From Intoshia linei (taxonomy: Eukaryota > Animalia > Orthonectida), in contig LWCA01000016.1 in the NCBI GenBank assembly GCA_001642005.1, positions 22,896 through 86,895 of the forward strand: a DNA stretch of 64,000 bases, written 5' to 3'. Positions 1-14,400 of this stretch are shown here, one piece after another; positions within the stretch are counted from its first letter, which is position 1; each line of letters begins with the position of its first letter. The notes beneath the pieces are model-generated. The model made no database searches. It saw only the letters and a list, made by a program, of their open reading frames with translations, and was not told the DNA's origin. Position numbers and translations under genes: made by a program.

Positions 1-21
1 TCATTAAATCTACTAGAAACG

Positions 22-1158
22 TTGATTCAGGTGTTAAACTCTGCCGAAAAATGTATGATTGAAAACATAAAAATTAACAATGAAGAAGTATTAAGCATGT
101 ACCCTTTAATTAACATTTTATTAAAACTATGCTACACGTTAATAACATATGCAAACAATATACAGCGAAAATGCTACAAACAAGAAAAATCTAATTTACC
201 TGAAATAAAAAAATTACAAAAACTAAAAAATGTAATAACAAATAAAGTGACAACTCAAATTTCTCAAAATAAGCCTATTCTATTGAAAAATGAAATTATT
301 GGTGTAAATATCGATATCATGATTAGATTATACAAATCTGAATCATTTCAAGTCTTTGTTAATTTTTTGAATGTAACTAAACAAATGGTCGCTACTAGTC
401 GACTTTATGACGAGAATGCACTCCTGTTGATGAGTATTTTGAATATTGTGACTGAAAGATCTAAAAAAGATATTGATCATGTCGAACATTTAAATATAGC
501 CAAATATGTCAACAGAAAACAGAGACATGTGTATAAAACAACAAGAAGGATAATAAAAGATATTAAATTGTACATTTATTATATTATATTATTATTAATT
601 GTAATTTCATTTTTTATTTGGAATGAATACTTTTTTAGAGAAACATCATTAGAATTAGAGGCTTTGCATTATCAAAATATTGGATGGATGACACTAAGTA
701 AAATAAATTGCATGGCAACTTTATCGGAAATTTTGCAGATTTATATCGGTTTCTTTGAACAAGTTAGATGTATTCAAAAAAAAGAAAATTTAAAAAATAC
801 TTCATCTGATGTTAGACAATTTAAAGACACTTTAGAGAAGGAAATGAAAAAAATTCATACAATTGGCAATAATTTACCGGACGAAATTAGCGACGGGGAT
901 TCTCACTCTACTAACTCTCATTATGAAAATGAAAATGAAATTACCAATGATGAACCACTTATTTACAGTATTAACAAAATTATACGTTATAATTTGAAAT
1001 TGATTTTAAACCTTGTTACATGCAATTGGGAGTATCAGACCAGCGGTAATTTTTTATTAGTGATTTATTCCAAATCATCGTTTACTTTTATAAAATCCTT
1101 AGTAATAACAAGTAATTTAGACAAAAATGTATGTCTGTTTATTTATTTAAGAAAGTAA
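22..1158 (+). CDS. Probable upstream exons of the ANKAR-like gene (5'-partial; ORF probably reads through a short intron near 570-638)
   Basis: Long ORF on the same strand as the ARM-repeat ORF, separated from it only by Helitron-derived sequence. Candidate donor CAGCG|gtaatt near 1046. No recognisable motif of its own. Confidence 0.45.
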   Translation: MIQVLNSAEKCMIENIKINNEEVLSMYPLINILLKLCYTLITYANNIQRKCYKQEKSNLPEIKKLQKLKNVITNKVTTQISQNKPILLKNEIIGVNIDIMIRLYKSESFQVFVNFLNVTKQMVATSRLYDENALLLMSILNIVTERSKKDIDHVEHLNIAKYVNRKQRHVYKTTRRIIKDIKLYIYYIILLLIVISFFIWNEYFFRETSLELEALHYQNIGWMTLSKINCMATLSEILQIYIGFFEQVRCIQKKENLKNTSSDVRQFKDTLEKEMKKIHTIGNNLPDEISDGDSHSTNSHYENENEITNDEPLIYSINKIIRYNLKLILNLVTCNWEYQTSGNFLLVIYSKSSFTFIKSLVITSNLDKNVCLFIYLRK

Positions 1159-1419
1159 CAAGAGTAGAGTTTTAAGAATACCCATTTAGAATAAAGTTTT
1201 TCGAGGGTGATGTTTTATCGCAAATTTCATTTTCAAAAATTAAGTTATCCAAGATAAAGTCAAATCCGCAATTATTCTTTTTTTAAAATTCAAACAGTCC
1301 TTTAATTATAAAAAATACACAATCTGATAAAGAGTTTAAAATCATCAACATTATGATAACTTTCAATGTCAAAATCTTATATCTTTACGGCTAAAACCAA
1401 AAATTACAATTTCAAATGT

Positions 1420-1751
1420 TTTGTGTGTGTTAACAGGATACAACCGTACCACTTGTAATTTTTTTAAAATTCTAGGTCTGTTTTCATTTAAAAAAAAGGT
1501 AATTTGTGGTTTTGGCCCTGAAGATATATCTTTTTTAAATTTAAATTTATGATTTTAAAATTCGTATCAGAGTATATATTTTGTTGTATATAGTTTGGGA
1601 GGTTGAAATTTATCTTACTTTCACCCTCAGAAAAAACGGTACTAGAAATGTGGACTTTATAAAATTCTAACTCTGGTAATTATTGAAATATACGATACCA
1701 CACACACACACAATGACAAAAAATCATATTATATTAGTAAAAATGTAAGGA
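1420..1751 (-). mobile_element. Non-autonomous Helitron fragment (5' part)
   Basis: Shares (TG)n and body sequence (ttttggccctgaagatata, tgggaggttgaaatttatctt) with the complete copy at 23624-24030. Confidence 0.65.
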
Positions 1752-1773
1752 TATCTATAACTATTTTGTTATT

Positions 1774-4700
1774 TTGGTCTGGCTGAACCTACTCTTAGAA
1801 CTCAACGACCCTGTTGGTACTAAAACTTATTTTAGACTTTGTAATCGGTCACAAGTATACACTATATATCCATGTTTAGCATGTGCCGACGGAAAAATAA
1901 TACAAATGCTTAAAATATTACTTTCAGCAAAAATGTTGACAGAAAGAAACGTAAACAAATCCCTAATCGAATCAATCTGTGAATGTATCAGACAATTGAC
2001 TTGGAAAAATAAAATCAACCAAAACAAATTTTTTGATACATTCAACGTTTTCAAACCAATTTTACGTATAATTAAACAACACAGAAACAATTTAAAAATG
2101 CAAATAATGGCTGTAAACGTAATCGAAGCATTAATAGTGGACAATGAAAAAAACCAAGAAATTGGTCGAGATTTGGGTTTAATTTATATATTATTACAAT
2201 TAATGTCAATAAAGTCATTTGTTTCCAACAATTCACCTACAAAAAAGGGCCAATATGCAAAAAAATTGTCATTTAGTTATAAAACCAGTAAACGAGAAAT
2301 ATCTTCCGATAGTGTGGAACAAGAACTAAAAAAGAAAAATTTATATGAACGCTCAACAATAACTTTATGGGAATTGGGCGGTACAAACATTGAAACCCAA
2401 TACTTGATGGCGTCCTTAATTGGCGTATCACGATTAATCAACCTTTTATCATTACAATCTGCTCAACTACAATATATAGGATCGAAAGGATTAGGTGTAT
2501 TGTCCACCCTGTCTTGTGATTGTAGTTTATCTTCTCAACCCATAATTGAATCCAATGGCGTATTTTCGCTAATTAAATTAATGAAGTCCAATAATCATAG
2601 TATTGTTTTACAGTCTGTTAAAACGTTGGGATGTTTATGTATTGATATCGGTTATATACCTAATGAACGGATTCAAAATAGTTTATCATTATACAGAGGA
2701 ATTGAAAATTTATTAGCATTACAAATGTTTTGTGATGATATATCCATTCGGATTGAATCAGGTCTAACTTTGAGTTGTCTATGTCTTAAAAACCAACTGC
2801 TACTTGAAAAGTGTTATAATAATAAGGATTTTGATTTGCTGACTTATCTAAAATTTTTTCGATCACATGTTGATTTGTATGAATCATCATTGCATCGAAT
2901 TTCAAGTGTTTCTAATGAAAAAACTACCGATATTAAAGATTGCGTCGATTCTTTAGGTACAGGGAGTATTTCTGAGAGTACCAATCATCAAGATAATACA
3001 ATTGAAGATGTTTTAACTAGGTGTATTTCTGCTAGTATGACCATTGCAACTTTTTGTTATAATAATGTGACTAATCAAATCAAATTTGCTCAATATGGTG
3101 GCATTCATTGCTCTTTTTTTGTTAATATTCTAAATAATCCCATCATTGAACCAAAATTTAAAATTATAGTCGCTTTTCAGTCCATCATTTTATCCAGGAT
3201 TATGACAGGCATCAAAAAGGTCAACATTTGCTGTATAGCTATTTCTCTTTTAACTAAATATCTTGACAGTTCAGAAAAAACCATCATTCTAAGTCCAGTC
3301 GCAGATTGTGTAATAATTTTTATTATAACTTGTATTTTTTACAATGTTATTTATAAACTTTTTTAGATTGCAAGACTATCTCATACCAGATGTGGTAAAT
3401 TATAATTTAATAGAAAGAAAAAGTAAACAATGGTTCGTAACCTTAATAGTATTCCAAAATTTTTTTAGGGTCATTAAACGTTTTGAAGGAATAATACAAA
3501 TATTTTTGTACATAATAATATCTAAAAAAATAAGAAACAGTAGTTACTTTTGCACATGACAATCACAATCAGGAAATTTAAGGTTGTTTATAACTTAGTT
3601 AACTTTTTAGCCAAATTAATTGGAATAAACTGTATAAAAATTTTTTTTTTCAAAATTCTGAGACTATTAATTAGTTATTTATATTAAATAGTTAGTTAAT
3701 AATTTTTATTTAAATAATAATAAAATAATGAAAATAAAAAAAAATACAATTTTTTTTTGACCGTGAAAACGTTAATTTTTGAAATTCAAATTTTTTGTTT
3801 AAAACTGGAAATAACTGTATAAACTGAAATATTTTTTAAATTACAGGGTTAAACTTTTTTTAAAGATAGGGTATACATAACATCTGGGGATTTACTATGA
3901 AAATGTAAGTTTCTAGACATGATATTTACGATCATGTCAAATGTTTAAAATTAATAATTTATTTTATTTAAATTCTACTACTTATTTTATTTTAAAAAAA
4001 TAAAGAGTAATTTGGGTATTTAACCCTAAAAAACTCAACTTTCTGAAAATATGATTTGCGATAAAATTTAAAATCTACGACTGTTAATATTTGAATTTAA
4101 TGGTAACACATAAATATAAAAATAATATTAACAAAGTTGTTTTATTGTCGTTGTTTAGTTTCTATTTAAATTGTATCAACATGCTTTGAAAATGAGAATT
4201 TGAAATTTAAAAATTGCGTAGCAATGAAAAACATTCCGAAGAAGTGAATTATATAGATTTTCACCCATATTTCTTTGTTGGAAATGTGTAGACGTGCATT
4301 GTAAATTTTTTTTGAAATTGTAGGATCAATATTTACATTTTCAATTTTTATTTTAATCGATTTATTTGAAAAATATTGGTTGAAATATATTAAAAATTAT
4401 TAATAATCGGGAATGCGTAGATTTCTCGGGTTGAACTTTTGTATTTATATCAACTGGAATAAGCTCTATCAGAATAATCTTTTTTTTAGGTTAAACTTTT
4501 GTATTTATATCAACTGGAATAAGCTCTATCAGAATAATTTTTTTTTTTAATTTTCAGACCGTTAATTATTTCACATTTTTTGTTTTAATAAAATATTTAG
4601 AAAAAATATATATGAATACTAAAATGCTTTTTTGACCATGAAGGCATCACTTATTCAGATTGAAATTTTTTGTGTGTGTTAACAGGATACAACTTTACGA

Positions 4701-5817
4701 CCTGTAAATTTTTTTAAATTCTAATGCTGTTTTCATTTAAAAAAAGGGTAATTTGGGGTTTTGGCCTTGAAGATATAATTTTTTTAAATTTAAATTTATG
4801 ATAATGTTTATGATTTTAAAATCCGTATCAGCGTATATACTTTTTTTTAATTCTCCAACTCGTTTGATTTTCAAAAAAAGGACAATTGGGGTTTTTGACC
4901 CGTAAGATGTGAGTTTGGGAGGTTGAAATTTATTTATTATATGCCCCGAAAAAAACTGTAATTGAAACGTGGTCTTTAAAAAATTCTAAGAGTGGTAGTT
5001 ATTTCAATAAAGTTTTTGACCCGTAAGATGTGAAATTGGGAGGTTGAAATTTATCTTATTATACCTCCAGAAAAACTGTAATTGAAATTTGAACTTTATA
5101 AAATTTTAAGAAGGGTAGTTATTTAAATAAAGCTGGACACACACACAAACAAAAATAGCGTAGCATATTATATAAGTTAGGATTATATATTATTAAGGAA
5201 ATCCAAAAAAGTGAGTTATGGTGGAAAAAGAATTAATATAAATTCACTTCAAAAAATCTTTAATAGTTATATTTAATAGTGCAATAAGTGACATCAACTA
5301 TTTCGTAAAATACTAAATCAGATTTTGAGTATGTCTCACATTGGAAAATATTAAAAAAAATTTCCAATGTCGTCAAGGAAGATAAATGTTTTATAGTTTT
5401 TTATGAAAACCATAAAATTTTAATTTTATTTATAATCAAAAATTAAGGCATAAAGAATTCTTTTGTTGCCATCGGTATAATTCCTATTCTCTGTCGACAT
5501 TTGACAAACCATTCTGAATGGTTGCGCCGTAGCGCATCTATAGCGCTAATGTATTTCAGTTATAATAAATCTGCAGCACGGCAAATGTTGGGGATGTAAT
5601 ATTTTTACGTTTGGTGTAAATTATTTAAATTTAGATTTCATCGCCGTGAATCACTCTTTCAAGTAATGCAACACTATACTAAGGAAAAAGTGTTTGGCAA
5701 GTATTTTACAGAAATGTGGTTTCAGAAAAATTTACGACATTTTAGTTTTAAACAGGAGTAATTCGATTATACTTATTATAGAGTCAAAATGACACATGGG
5801 GGGGAAATCATCGTTGT
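1774..5817 (+). CDS. ANKAR: Armadillo-repeat protein, ANKAR-like (spliced; may extend to about 6265)
   Basis: 530-aa ORF with ARM-like helices. Downstream exons IARLSHTRC (~3367) and GIKNSFVAIGIIPILCRHLTNHSEWLRRSASIALMYFSYNKSAARQML (~5448-5595) resemble the ANKAR C-terminal region as recalled. Confidence 0.65.
4100..5182 (-). mobile_element. Non-autonomous Helitron, long variant with internal tandem duplications
   Basis: 5' end A|TCCTAACTTATATAATATGC at 5182. Homologous to 33150-34286. Internal 60-bp (4429-4548) and ~118-bp (4895-5130) direct duplications. Confidence 0.7.
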
Positions 5818-5877
5818 GTATTGTTGTGTTGTACATTAATCTGTTGTCAAATATTTTATTTTCTGTGATTTTTTTGA

Positions 5878-6110
5878 CAACCCTTAAGAGAAAATCCCAT
5901 TTTTCCAATATTTTTTTGAAAAACCCGATTTCATCAAATCTTATCAGCCAAAACCCAAAAGAAAAAATAGAATGTTAATTCCCTTTAAGAGAAAATCCCT
6001 TTTTTCCAATATTTTTTTGAAAAACCCGATTTCATCAAATCTTATTAGCCAAAACCCAAAAGAAAAAATAGAATTTTAACCCCCCTTAAGAGAAAATCCA
6101 CTTTTTCTAC
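5878..6110. repeat. ~102-bp tandem duplication of the CCCTTAAG/TTTTACCAACCC repeat family
   Basis: cccttaagagaaaatccc...gaaaaaatagaa is repeated about 2.3 times. Confidence 0.8.
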
Positions 6111-6867
6111 TGGGAACCACTGTTGTAAGACTATTAATATGTTTCAAAATAAGTCGAAACTACCAAGCTCGAGGCAACCTGAAGATGAAAAATAGCAATC
6201 AGAATTTCCGAAAATTATTCGTAGTTTCATATAGACCTAGACACCTTTTAAAGGGCTTGACTTAACATTACATTAACTTAATATATATAGTATATTATTT
6301 TTTTTACTTGTGAACCATGTTCATAAAATCATGAAATTTACTTAAAGCTTAAAAATTAAAATTAAAAAAAAATTTTGATTTTTATCCCAATTTTATTTTG
6401 TGTTTATTTTCAGGTTATATTTTGTGTTAAAAAAAAGTTTGCCCTTATTAATTGTAATTAAACCGAAATGACAGCATAATACATTTAATATAAATAATGT
6501 TTTTAGTAAAAAATGGCTAAAAAACCTTCTAACAAGTGAAATGAACGTAAATACTAGTGCAAAAATATTATCTATAAAAGTAGTCAATACAGATACCGAA
6601 AACAGTGAAAAGTCCGATTAAAATGTATGAATTTAGTCAAAAGTCGATAAAATTTTATTTCAATAAAATAACAAAATAAATATTAAACCAGAAAAATTAT
6701 AATTTGGTAAAGTAAATACTGGAATAATGTCTGTTTATGTAAATTTCCATTGCTAAAAAAATTTAAATCAAAATAATTTAATTTTTAATAGGGCAAGTGT
6801 TTAAATTTTAAAATGAAAAAATGTTGACAAACTAGTCTAAAATTATAAATCACTGTTACTTGCCCTA

Positions 6868-8096
6868 ATCATAATACTTTGAAATTATCATGTATCCACA
6901 ACTGTTTGGCCCAGTGTTCCGCCTTTTTCTTTTCATCTAAATACTACACAATATATATAAAATGTGTAGAATTAAATACATTGTACTTGGCTCTACTAAT
7001 TTTTAAATAACCAGCAATGACTTCAATTTTATCATAATCTGTGTATTCCAACTTTAATATACGGTATCGAATTTGCCATCGTATAAATGTATAGATATAA
7101 GTAACTAAGTAATAGGGCATAAAAAACATTTGCACAATAAAAGTATATTTTATTGAAGCTGGACGGTAGGATCCTCTAAAAATAAAATAAGATAAATTAA
7201 TAAATCATAAAACGAAAAAATAAATACCCAATGTCCATTTTCGATGTGATAATTTGTTCAATAATTTTTTGTTCCTTTTTTTTAATTTCAGTCTAAAGTA
7301 TTTACATGCAAATGCGATAACAAATATACCTTGGACATTTGCCTTTTAGCCTTTTTGTCGGCCATAAAATCTAGCATTCCTTGTTCATTAGCAATGCGTT
7401 TGGCTTCAATTCTGTATTTTGGTTGTACTGATAAATATTTAATAGCGGTTCTGTTATTATTCACATCTCGCATATACTAATTAAAAAATTATTAAAAAAT
7501 GTAAATATTACTTGTATCAAAGACACCAAAATGATAGTAAAGACAATGACCACCCGAATGTCAATATCTTGTTTAATTCGTCTGCGGTAATAACGATAAT
7601 AGTGTTCATAGTATAATGCTATAAATTATAAAAAATTGAAAATGTGATAATATCATTTTACATGGATCGGCCAACATGTCGTCATAGTCTTTACGCACCT
7701 CTTCATCTTTTAGAACCTCATATGCCACAGTCATATCACTAAACTTTTTAACAGCATCTTCCGGGTTCTAATTAATAAATCAAATATTAAATTTAAAAGG
7801 TATTACACTTCCTTTATACTTATCCGGGTGCCAAATTCTTGCCAATTTTCGAAATATACTAATAATTTCTTTCTAAATTAATTATAATTATCAATTAAAA
7901 AAATAAAACTCTGGTAGAATTTGGTTTGGCGTTCAATACTAAAATATTGCATGTAAATTTAATAAATAAACAAAATTCAATAAATTAAAAACTTACTATC
8001 ATAGCAATTTGCTTCTCCACAGTACAATTTAGGCATGAGTTCGGCATAAGAAGATTGGAAAATGGAGCAAATAAAAATGAAAAATATCCACTTCAT
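6868..8096 (-). CDS. DNAJC25: DnaJ/Hsp40 family ER membrane co-chaperone, DNAJC25-like (multi-exon; 3' end uncertain)
   Basis: Spliced: signal peptide MKWIFFIFICSIF, LYCGEANCYD, J-domain RKLARIWHPDKY, AYEVLKDEEVRKDYDDML, YYRYYRRR, TM RVVIVFTIILVSLIQ, LWIHDNF. Short GT-AG introns. Confidence 0.85.
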
Positions 8097-8439
8097 GATA
8101 ATAAATTTAAATCATAAATTTGTTTGAAATATTTAATGAATAAACGACTAATCTTGGTTAAACACGGGTGTAAGCGATATCGTATACAATCTCATAAGAG
8201 ATGACTAAGTCAATAGTTTGTTTGAAATAAACTTGATAAATGTTGATAAAATTCCAGACAATCGTAATTCAAAATTCTCCACTTGAATTTTTGTTGTCAA
8301 ATATTTCATGCAAATAAAGCATTGTTAAATATTAATGATATCGTTGCCTATTGACATGGTTAAATATTAAAATTGCACCGTTTCCATAGATTTAAATAAA
8401 GATTACAATTACATTATCGTAGTTTCAATTTTTTTGAAA
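8097..8439. promoter_or_regulatory. Putative bidirectional promoter between DNAJC25 and CPSF6
   Basis: Divergent ATGs are only 343 bp apart. Confidence 0.5.
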
Positions 8440-11400
8440 ATGACAGATTTAGTTGATAGCTTGGATTTATACGGAGATATTGATTCTTCAAAGGTATACT
8501 TTACATTTATACTCAAATATTAATTTACATTTTATGTGAATCAATTTTATACTTGTTTATTTAATCTCATTAATTTTTTAGCCATCAGATGTAAAAAAAC
8601 CATCACAGTCTGTTTCCGATTTATTGACAACGTCTAATGAAGATTTGTTATCGTTGCAAAATACGCGAATTGAATCTTCCACAGTGAAAAAAACTAGACC
8701 ATCACCTAAAAGAACCAGGGAACATTCTCATATTGAAAAAATTTCGTATAATGTAATACTAATATTGATTATTTGTTTTAGTTTCTAAATAAATACAATT
8801 TATTTTAGAAATATAATATTAACGTTAATGAAAAAGATGATTCTAATACTTCAGCCATGATTATTATTGGAAATTTGTCTTGGGTATTTGAATTTTTAGT
8901 TATTTTTGTAAAATTAATTATAATCAATAATTATCAGAGTGGTATCTGAAATTTTTTTGTAATGCGTCTCATGATAGATGATAAATTCAAATTTTTAATA
9001 TTGGAAATCTGAAATTATAAACATTATTATGGAGATTTTCTTATTTACGATAAGTAAATTTTAATTAAATAATTATCAACATTTTATGTTTGACAAAATA
9101 AAGCGAGTAGTTACAGCTTAAGTCATAAGACAATGTTTCTAAAGTTTTTTTGAAATTTATTCACAGGTAGTTTATACTTATGCGTGGTTATTTGACTTTG
9201 GATTTATCGTGGACATTACAAGAAGCGTAAATATTCTCAACAAAAGTTTATAAGGCAAAAATGTATTGGTCATACATTTGTTGGGTAAAATTTGTGCCTT
9301 TGTTGAAAAACTAAAATTGTTTATTATTCAACTTGGACAATGGGATTTTACAAATTTTCTGACATTGGAGATGTATCAATCAGAGGACGTATTGGTATAT
9401 GTACAAAAATGCGAAGACCTAAAAGTACAATTTGAAGGTAGGTTTACTGATTATAAAAAAAGTATGCCTTTTTTTGATGTATACACCAAACCTTTTTCAA
9501 TGGAACCAGGAATGGCACCTGGTCATTTTCAGCTAGAGTCGATTGACCTCCAAACAAACACCGAACTGAAATAAAAATTTGGCCTCTTACCTCTACAGAA
9601 ATTTTATCGATATTGGATTTCGGCCACTAATTTTCTCTTTCTTCACAGCAATGCAATGAAGATACTGACCCTTTTCGGTAGTACATATAGGTGCGAACAA
9701 TTGTTATCGTTGAACACGACTACTAACCAAATACTAGACGAAAATTTAGCACATTGCTTCAAATTATATTCCACCGATGTAACTTTGGAACAAATGTTTG
9801 AAAATATGAAATTTAGATTTACAAAAATAAATTTTAATCTAAAAAAAAAATTTTTTTTTTGGTCGCTCGAGCGCGATCATAATTTAAAAATCTTTAGAAT
9901 CTAGTTTATTCGTTGAATTTTCTTTTTGAACAATAACCATAGCTGTACAGGTTATTTGATCCAACGCTCTGCATGCAGTGACAAAAAATTAGAATTTTTT
10001 ATTTTTGTATGTATAAATTTGTATGTTTGTGTGAATAGTTTCGATTTCAGGGCTACAAATATTATGACATATGTCAAGCTAGGAGTTTCATGCTTCCTAC
10101 ATGTAGCTACAGCTCTAGATATAAATGTACAAGCCAAGCTGATTTTGGGCGTGGTAACTATGTATAATCTGATTATTTAAATGATCATGAGCACTCGTAA
10201 GCAAAAACACCACCTATGTGGACATCACGGTTATATTCTTTAATTATTAAATATAATTTAGTTGAGTTTTCCCTTAGCTTTGGTAAAATTGTATTTTTTG
10301 ATAAAATATTAGAAAAAGATGGTTTTAACTTAAGGGTTGGTAAATTCTGATTTTAACCCTTAAGGTAATGGTTCCCAATTCAAAATATTCATTTTTTTGA
10401 CCCAAAGGAAACACGAAATATAAAATATTTATGGAAAAATAATGGTTTTTTTTCATAAGGTTTGGTAAAATAAGTCGAATTTTCTTTGATGTTTGAAATG
10501 ATATTTTTTATTAAATTTTATTAATGGTGGGTTTTTTAAATAATAATGTAGCGGTCGTCTAGGTTTTGGAATAAATTCACATCTGCCAACTCTAATAAAT
10601 ATTAAAAATTTACCTATAAAAATAAAAAAAATTTTTTATATTTTATTTGAATCTCACGGACCCAAACGATATAGTTTTTGATCTCAGGATGTCCAGGAAC
10701 GTCTAATTGGGAACCAATGTCTTAAGGGTGGGTAAATTTGTATTTTTGTAATTGGATATAGGGATGGGCCATTTGAGAAGAACTGATTTAATTTAAACAC
10801 AAATTACGGATCGTGTTTAATAATGATTCGATTCATGTTGCAGACTAATCCGCAGGTTAATTTTTTAAATGTTTGTATCAATTTGCAACGATAGAATTTA
10901 AAAAATCAAGATGTCGCGTGTCACTAGTGACACGCACAGGAATTCTGCCAAAGACGCTGGTAAAAATGTTATTTGAAATTTTTAATATGGTGTGGAAAAA
11001 TTAACTCAGAAGGGTGTAATAATTAAAAAAAAAATTTGACACGCCAACTAAAAAGTGCCATAACAGGGTTAGGGGATGAGCATTTCAAATCAAAATTTAT
11101 GAACCACTTTTATAAACTATTTTTAATAATTGATTTAGTGGACTACGGATGACGACATTTTATCTACATTTAGAAGAAACAATTTAAGTGGTCTTGTAGA
11201 CATTAAATTCTATGAAAATAGAGTCAATGGTCAATCCAAAGGGTATTTGATTTTAATTCTAGTTTTATTATTGAAATTATTATTTTTTACTAGCTACGTT
11301 ACTTTGACTTTGGACAGTCGAGATTCTGTAGAGAAGGTTTTAACTATATTTAACAATCCAACTCAACCCGTCATGATTAACAAACAATGCCCTCAAGTGA

Positions 11401-14400
11401 CAAAATTCAGTAGATCCATCTTGAATGAACTAGAAGCCCAATCTCGTAAAGAAACTAGCCTTGGTATTTGTTAATTTAAATTATTCATTGTAAATATTGT
11501 AAAATGTTGTGTATATTATTATATATTGCCAAATATAAGTAAACGTTGCTTAATATTCGTAATATTTGATATATCGATTCGTCCATTTCAATGTGACACA
11601 ATACCGCAAGTTTAGTTATACTGTATTAGGGCGTGCTAAAGGAATGAATAATTATCGACAAAATGGTCCATTTGGCGTGGAAGGGAATCCAATGATGAAT
11701 AATCAGTGGATGAGAAGCATGTTTGCTTCCGGCATGCGTAATATGCCTTTTAATCCTATGCTTCAAATGCAAAACTCTAATATGATGGTAAGATTCGTCA
11801 TTTAACTTAGAAAAATGTAATTATTTATTAGAGAAATCAAATGCCTCCCTTTAATATGCAAGTACCACCCTTCAGTACGTTTTAATCATTTTTAAATGTT
11901 CCATGTCAACAGGTTTTATTTTTTTTGTCGTTTGATTTTTACGTTATATCATACTTATTAATTTTACTTGAAGTTTTGTTGTTTCACGTCATTTAGTTGA
12001 ATTTAATTGTATTGTAAATTTGTTGCTGTACAATAAATGTTTATAAATTATAGTTGTAGTGTATAATTAATAATGGATTGTAAGTATCAAAATTTTAGAG
12101 GTTATATTGCAGCAACGTGGACAACGTCACATTCTCATGACAAACTAATTTTTTAAACATTTAGTTTGCGAGTTTATACATGATTTATTTTCATTTGCCA
12201 TCCCTGCTTAATTAATGCTATATAATTTATTGTGTTTCTACTATTTAGATGTACGATTAACAATGATTAGTAAATAAAAATTATCATTACCACATTACTT
12301 GAGATTAACACACGTCATAATATTCAAAGTTTAAATTAAAATGCAGACTACATCTGTAAAATGTAAATACAGCAGATGGACAAATCATGAAAATGTAACC
12401 TTATTAGCTATACTTATGAAAAAATTTACAAGATTTTTGTATAAAAATAATTTATTAATCTTAATTCAATTGAATTTTATCCATATTAATTAATAGACTA
12501 TATCAGAGGTCTTCATGTTTCTATAAAGAAATATTGTATTGTTATTTTTGAATTAAACGTTAAACAGATATTCAATTTTTTACCAGTAAAGGATACAATT
12601 TTGGTGCCGCGAAACTATTGAAATAATAAAATTCATTTATTAAAATGGGTGAGGGACTCATGGACTATATCCATTATGTAAATTAGTTTTTTGATTCTTT
12701 TCAACTACCATTAATTCAAGAATTTACAAATTTTTTAAACTAATTTTGGAAAAATACATGACTACTTGTCCGGATAATCTTGCAAAAAATTCGCTCATGA
12801 ACATTCTTCCACGTTTTAGAACAAGATCGAGACTATTTTTGTCAAAAACCCTTGATGGTATTGAAAAAAACGAATAAATACTGAATTAAAAATCTCTAAT
12901 CATATTAATACATTATAAATCTTGTACATCATTCATTTATTGTACCGACCTGTTTATAACATTTCAACCAGGGATTTCTACACTTTCTGCATGGCGGTGA
13001 TACTTTCTAGAATTTGAGATAAAAAACGTAATAAATTGACATTAAATTAGTTTATATTTATGATAGTCATTATAAATAGATTCTACAGATAAAATTTTTA
13101 TTTGGAATTTTTGGTTCATACAAATTTGTTAAGAAAAAATAAATAATTCAAATAACCGCTAACAAAAATGTTTTTAATAAGGACTTAGACTGTATTACAT
13201 ACTTTTAATAATTTTAAAATTTTTTGAACTTTAAAATTATTTCTAATAATTAAAAATATAGAATAACTTTAAATGAATGAGAAAATTAAATTAAATGCCC
13301 TTTAACACCAGGAACTTAATTTTTATATTTACCTGTAACCAAGATTTTGACCTGAGCATAGCCGGTGCGCCATCAGTACAAAAACCGCATACATTGTTAC
13401 AATTTAAATTTCTTCAATAAAAAATTCATTAATTTTTTTTAAAATATCCATTATTTTATTTGTAAGGAGTTCACTACAAAATGAGAATTCTATCTTAATT
13501 TCATTCAAGAAATACCTCACAAATAATTTATAATAATTTGCCACCCCTAACGACCGCGACCACTTGAGAAACTGTGATCTAAATTTAGATCATTTATTAT
13601 TAGATTCTAAACGAAAAATTTGAAAAAATTCTACGCTTATGCCCTATTCATTAGAACTAGTTCAGTGGTTCCCAACATACTTCAAGTTTGGTACTCTACG
13701 CATAAAAATGAAATTTCGTACCCCTATAATAATTTCTAGTTGTAACTGACAAAGTATAAATTAAAAAAATTATATTAAAAATTTTAAATAAACATTTAAT
13801 TTAAACCTTACTTCACTAAAACGTATATTTGAAAAATTATTGAAGTCATAATAGAAACGTTAGAAATTAAGTTTTTTATAATTTTTATTTTTAATTATTT
13901 TGTGAAATCTTAATTTTTGTATATTTTAAAAGATATTTAATTTATAAATAAAACTATGAATCAGGCTCAAGACTAACTGGGACCTCTGATATCATTGTGT
14001 GATTTGATCTCCATTTGTCAACTGCTGTTTCATGCTTATGAAATTTATATATTTTACATACCTAGATAATTTCTAAAAAAATTCATAGAATAGTAAAGAT
14101 AATTTAAAATTATTTAAATAGAAAAGTTTAAACGTCGAATATATATTATTTTATAAATACACTGAATTGATTACACCTGTCAAAAAAATTAATTCATTTT
14201 GTTTATTTATTTATTTGTGTTTACGGACTTTTAATTCGATATAAGATTAATGGAAAATGATTTTAAAGTTGATTATTATGACCTAATTGAAGATTTGATT
14301 AATAAATATAACATTTTTTTGACATTTAAATTTCATAATGTCTCGGCAGAATCAAATTTGAAAATGTATATCAATATTATACAAATATAAATTTTTGTAT

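Noticed and set aside
1827-2144. 105-aa minus-strand ORF, and similar short ORFs at 14792, 16691, 17801, 20235, 41603, 46065, 52423, 55388 and 61098
   Set aside because: Antisense or off-frame shadows of recognised coding exons.
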